A stretch of DNA of 64,000 nt from Bacillota bacterium (GTDB lineage Bacteria; Bacillota; Clostridia; Oscillospirales; Ruminococcaceae), in assembly GCA_023458875.1 (NCBI GenBank), contig JAEWXO010000046.1, positions 178-64,177 of the forward strand. Reading direction: 5' to 3'. The position numbers and the translations under genes are program-made. Positions 61,594 to 64,000 of the stretch are shown piece after piece. The notes beneath the pieces were generated by a model. The model was not told the origin of the DNA, searched no databases, and was given only the letters and a program-made list of their open reading frames with translations. Numbering within the stretch: position 1 is the stretch's first letter; each line of letters opens with the position of its first letter.

Positions 61594-62808
61594 TTAAGCT
61601 TTATTGCCAACTTGCTTCTTTTGATTTCCGGAAGGAACAATAACTATCTCTCTTGATTTCTGTAAAGCAATTTTTGCAGCAACAGGACCGATTATAGAAT
61701 AGATAAATGTTGAGCAGAGGATTACCACTCGAATTTGTTCTGCATAATCTGGTACAATATTACCTGCCACCACTATCAATCCAAGAGCAACTCCTGCCTG
61801 AGGCATCAATGTTGGTCCTAGATATTTGCAGATTTTATCTTCTTGTTTTGTGAGTTTGCCGCCCAGCCATGCACCGCCAATTTTGCCTACAATTCTTACA
61901 ATTACATAAACAAGCCCGATAACACCAATTCCAGCAAGCGCAGAAATCTTAAAGCCTGCGCCTGAAATTACAAAAAATATCATAAATATAGGCGGCGTAA
62001 ATGATTCGTTAACCTTGACAGTTTTTTCTATATTAGAATGAATATTAACAAGAACGCCTCCTAATGCCATACATGCAAGCAAAGGGGAACCATGTAAGAG
62101 TTCAGCTAACCAATATGTAAGAAGTATAAATCCTGTTGTTATGCATAATACATTTGATGGTTTTTTAAACCAGCGAAAGATTATTTTCATAAATATACTA
62201 AGCATTCCGCCAATTAAAAATGATATTACAATTTCAAGAATAGGATTTACTATTGATAATAAAATATTTACATCCTCTTGCGAGTTCATCATCTTTACAA
62301 TTGTAGCGGCAAATCCAAAGCCTATGAGTGCAACTGCATCATCAATGGCGACAACGCTCATAAGCATTGATGTCAGCGAGCCTTTGGCCCGATACTGATT
62401 TATTACCATAATTGTCTGAGCAGGGGCAGTGGCTGCCGCAATTGCTCCCAAAAGAATGGATAATCTTGTATCAAATCCACAAGCAATCAATGCGCCAGTG
62501 ACTAAAATTACAGCACCTAAGGATTCACAAATTGCAATTAACACTGGTGCAGCACCTACTTTTTTGAAGTAGGCAAGGTTAAATTCACTTCCGATTGAAA
62601 AGGCTATAAAACCAAGTGCAGCATCTGAAATGACAGAAAAGCCGTTAACCATTGATGCAGGAATCAGATTTAAGAATGACGGACCCAAAATCAATCCTGC
62701 AATAAGATACCCAGTAACGTTAGGGAGCCTGACAAACTTCGCCAGTCTCCCAAATAATATTCCAGAGAGAAGAATAAGTGCTGTTTCAAAAATTATCTTA
62801 ATATCCAA
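61594..62808 (-). CDS. Cation:proton antiporter (CPA family)
   Basis: LPNVTGYLIAG..LGP, ATAPA, VAIDD, R..GK..G and PQAGVA.G motifs. Confidence 0.9.
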   Translation of the reverse strand: MDIKIIFETALILLSGILFGRLAKFVRLPNVTGYLIAGLILGPSFLNLIPASMVNGFSVISDAALGFIAFSIGSEFNLAYFKKVGAAPVLIAICESLGAVILVTGALIACGFDTRLSILLGAIAAATAPAQTIMVINQYRAKGSLTSMLMSVVAIDDAVALIGFGFAATIVKMMNSQEDVNILLSIVNPILEIVISFLIGGMLSIFMKIIFRWFKKPSNVLCITTGFILLTYWLAELLHGSPLLACMALGGVLVNIHSNIEKTVKVNESFTPPIFMIFFVISGAGFKISALAGIGVIGLVYVIVRIVGKIGGAWLGGKLTKQEDKICKYLGPTLMPQAGVALGLIVVAGNIVPDYAEQIRVVILCSTFIYSIIGPVAAKIALQKSREIVIVPSGNQKKQVGNKA

Positions 62809-63156
62809 TTATCCTATCCCCTTTGTGAAATCCACAGGTACGCTGAAAATTACTCCAGTATTTTTCTGAGAAAGGTCGCCTGTGACAGATTCAATTGCCT
62901 TTACAGCAATTTCGAGTTGAGTATCATTAATTACGGTAAAAATTAAATTATTTTTCTCTCTTTCAGGGTTAAGAAATGATCTTAATGAACTTAAAAAAGA
63001 AATTTCGTTATCATCATGATTATTACTAAGAATTCTTGCCATGCCCATGCTATCAATAACTGTCGCTCCTTTAATTCCGTTTGTTGCCAATTCAGTTAAA
63101 ACATCATCAAGCTTTTCCGTTTCATTCAAAACAAAAAAAAGTAGTTTCATACGCAT
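62809..63156 (-). CDS. PII-like small regulatory protein
   Basis: GIKGATVIDSMGM and GVIFSVPV...G motifs; abuts the antiporter. Confidence 0.75.
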   Translation of the reverse strand: MRMKLLFFVLNETEKLDDVLTELATNGIKGATVIDSMGMARILSNNHDDNEISFLSSLRSFLNPEREKNNLIFTVINDTQLEIAVKAIESVTGDLSQKNTGVIFSVPVDFTKGIG

Positions 63157-63213
63157 TTCCCCTTTGATATCATTTATGTTATTATAGCATGCTTTATTGT
63201 TTTTTTCTACTAT

Positions 63214-64000
63214 TTATACTGAAATGTTTTTATACCAGACATTCATGCTTTCAATTTGACCTGCAATATCTGTATTATTTATTAGTGTTCCTGCATATAT
63301 ATATCCTTTTCTAGCAAAGGTTATATTCATTCCTGCTGACTTTGCTCTTGCAATTGTAAATGCAGTTTTTATATCTAGTTTATTAAAGTTTTTTTCCATT
63401 TCTTCAAGAAGATAGAGTGCAAAACCGTTTCCTCGATACTCGTTAAGCACTGCAAAATCAGTCATCTCAGCATTACAGTTATGCTTATCCATTTCAATCG
63501 AGGATACAGCGACAAGACTTTTATTATTCCATATTCCAAAATAAATTACATTTTCTTTTATGGTTTGAGCAATATATTTTTCTTTAAAGATTGGGAAAGG
63601 ATAGCTTTTAAATACCGCACGGTATAAATCAACGATACTGGGTATATCATTTTCATTTGCACGCCTGCAAACATATCCTCTCTCAAGGCTCTTCTTTATA
63701 TCCAGAACATCCTTTTTCTGTGCTATTTTAAGAATTTCCTTGCACTCACTGTTCAGAGCATTAACTTTTCTTTTCTTATCAAAATACTTGCACACAAAGC
63801 ATCCATCCCCATCTCCATTATAAAACTTAGGGATAAATGCTTCCTGTTCGTATCCGCTTTCAAGAAATATATTTTTAAATTTGCAAGGAATTTTCGCTAT
63901 TATTTTCGTATAGTTGTTTTGTTTTGCAAGATTGTCAAGTCTTTGATATATGTGTGGTAAATCACTCTCATCAAGTTTCATTAAATATATCCTATTACTG
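63214..64000 (-). CDS. ablB: Putative beta-lysine N-acetyltransferase, 5' end outside the window
   Basis: NRIYLMKL, Y.KIIAK, VF.SYPFPI, NAEMTDFA, TIARA.S.GMNITF, G.L.NNT.I.G.IESMNVWYK. Confidence 0.85.
   Translation of the reverse strand, partial: SNRIYLMKLDESDLPHIYQRLDNLAKQNNYTKIIAKIPCKFKNIFLESGYEQEAFIPKFYNGDGDGCFVCKYFDKKRKVNALNSECKEILKIAQKKDVLDIKKSLERGYVCRRANENDIPSIVDLYRAVFKSYPFPIFKEKYIAQTIKENVIYFGIWNNKSLVAVSSIEMDKHNCNAEMTDFAVLNEYRGNGFALYLLEEMEKNFNKLDIKTAFTIARAKSAGMNITFARKGYIYAGTLINNTDIAGQIESMNVWYKNISV

Overview
AT-rich Firmicutes chromosome segment, most likely a Ruminococcus-like Oscillospiraceae (two dockerin-bearing enzymes, Prp-processed L27). Bases 1-39 kb are mostly core and metabolic genes: a YhaN/YhaO-like nuclease pair, AlaX, flavin reductase-rubrerythrin, an orphan chemoreceptor, a GH25 lysozyme, a xylo-oligosaccharide/xylose cluster (ABC transporter, YesM/N-type two-component system, AraC, GH3, xylA, xylB), murF-ddl, ybaK, pepF and rplU-prp-rpmA-obgE-mrnC-yebC-rlmA. 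Bases 39-64 kb form an accessory mosaic: redox genes, cellulosomal esterases (one split by an in-frame TAG), Fic, an ArsR/ArsP operon, an integrase remnant followed by small genes delimited by a recurring TAAATTC(C/T)(A/G)ATTT-type motif, phage-tail fragments, a collapsed conjugative element, and a beta-lysine acetyltransferase / PII-like / antiporter unit. The strongest unexplained signals are this cassette-like motif, a four-copy ~70-bp structured intergenic repeat, and a ~125-nt candidate ncRNA upstream of the lysozyme. All calls come from reading the sequence by eye; no searches were run.
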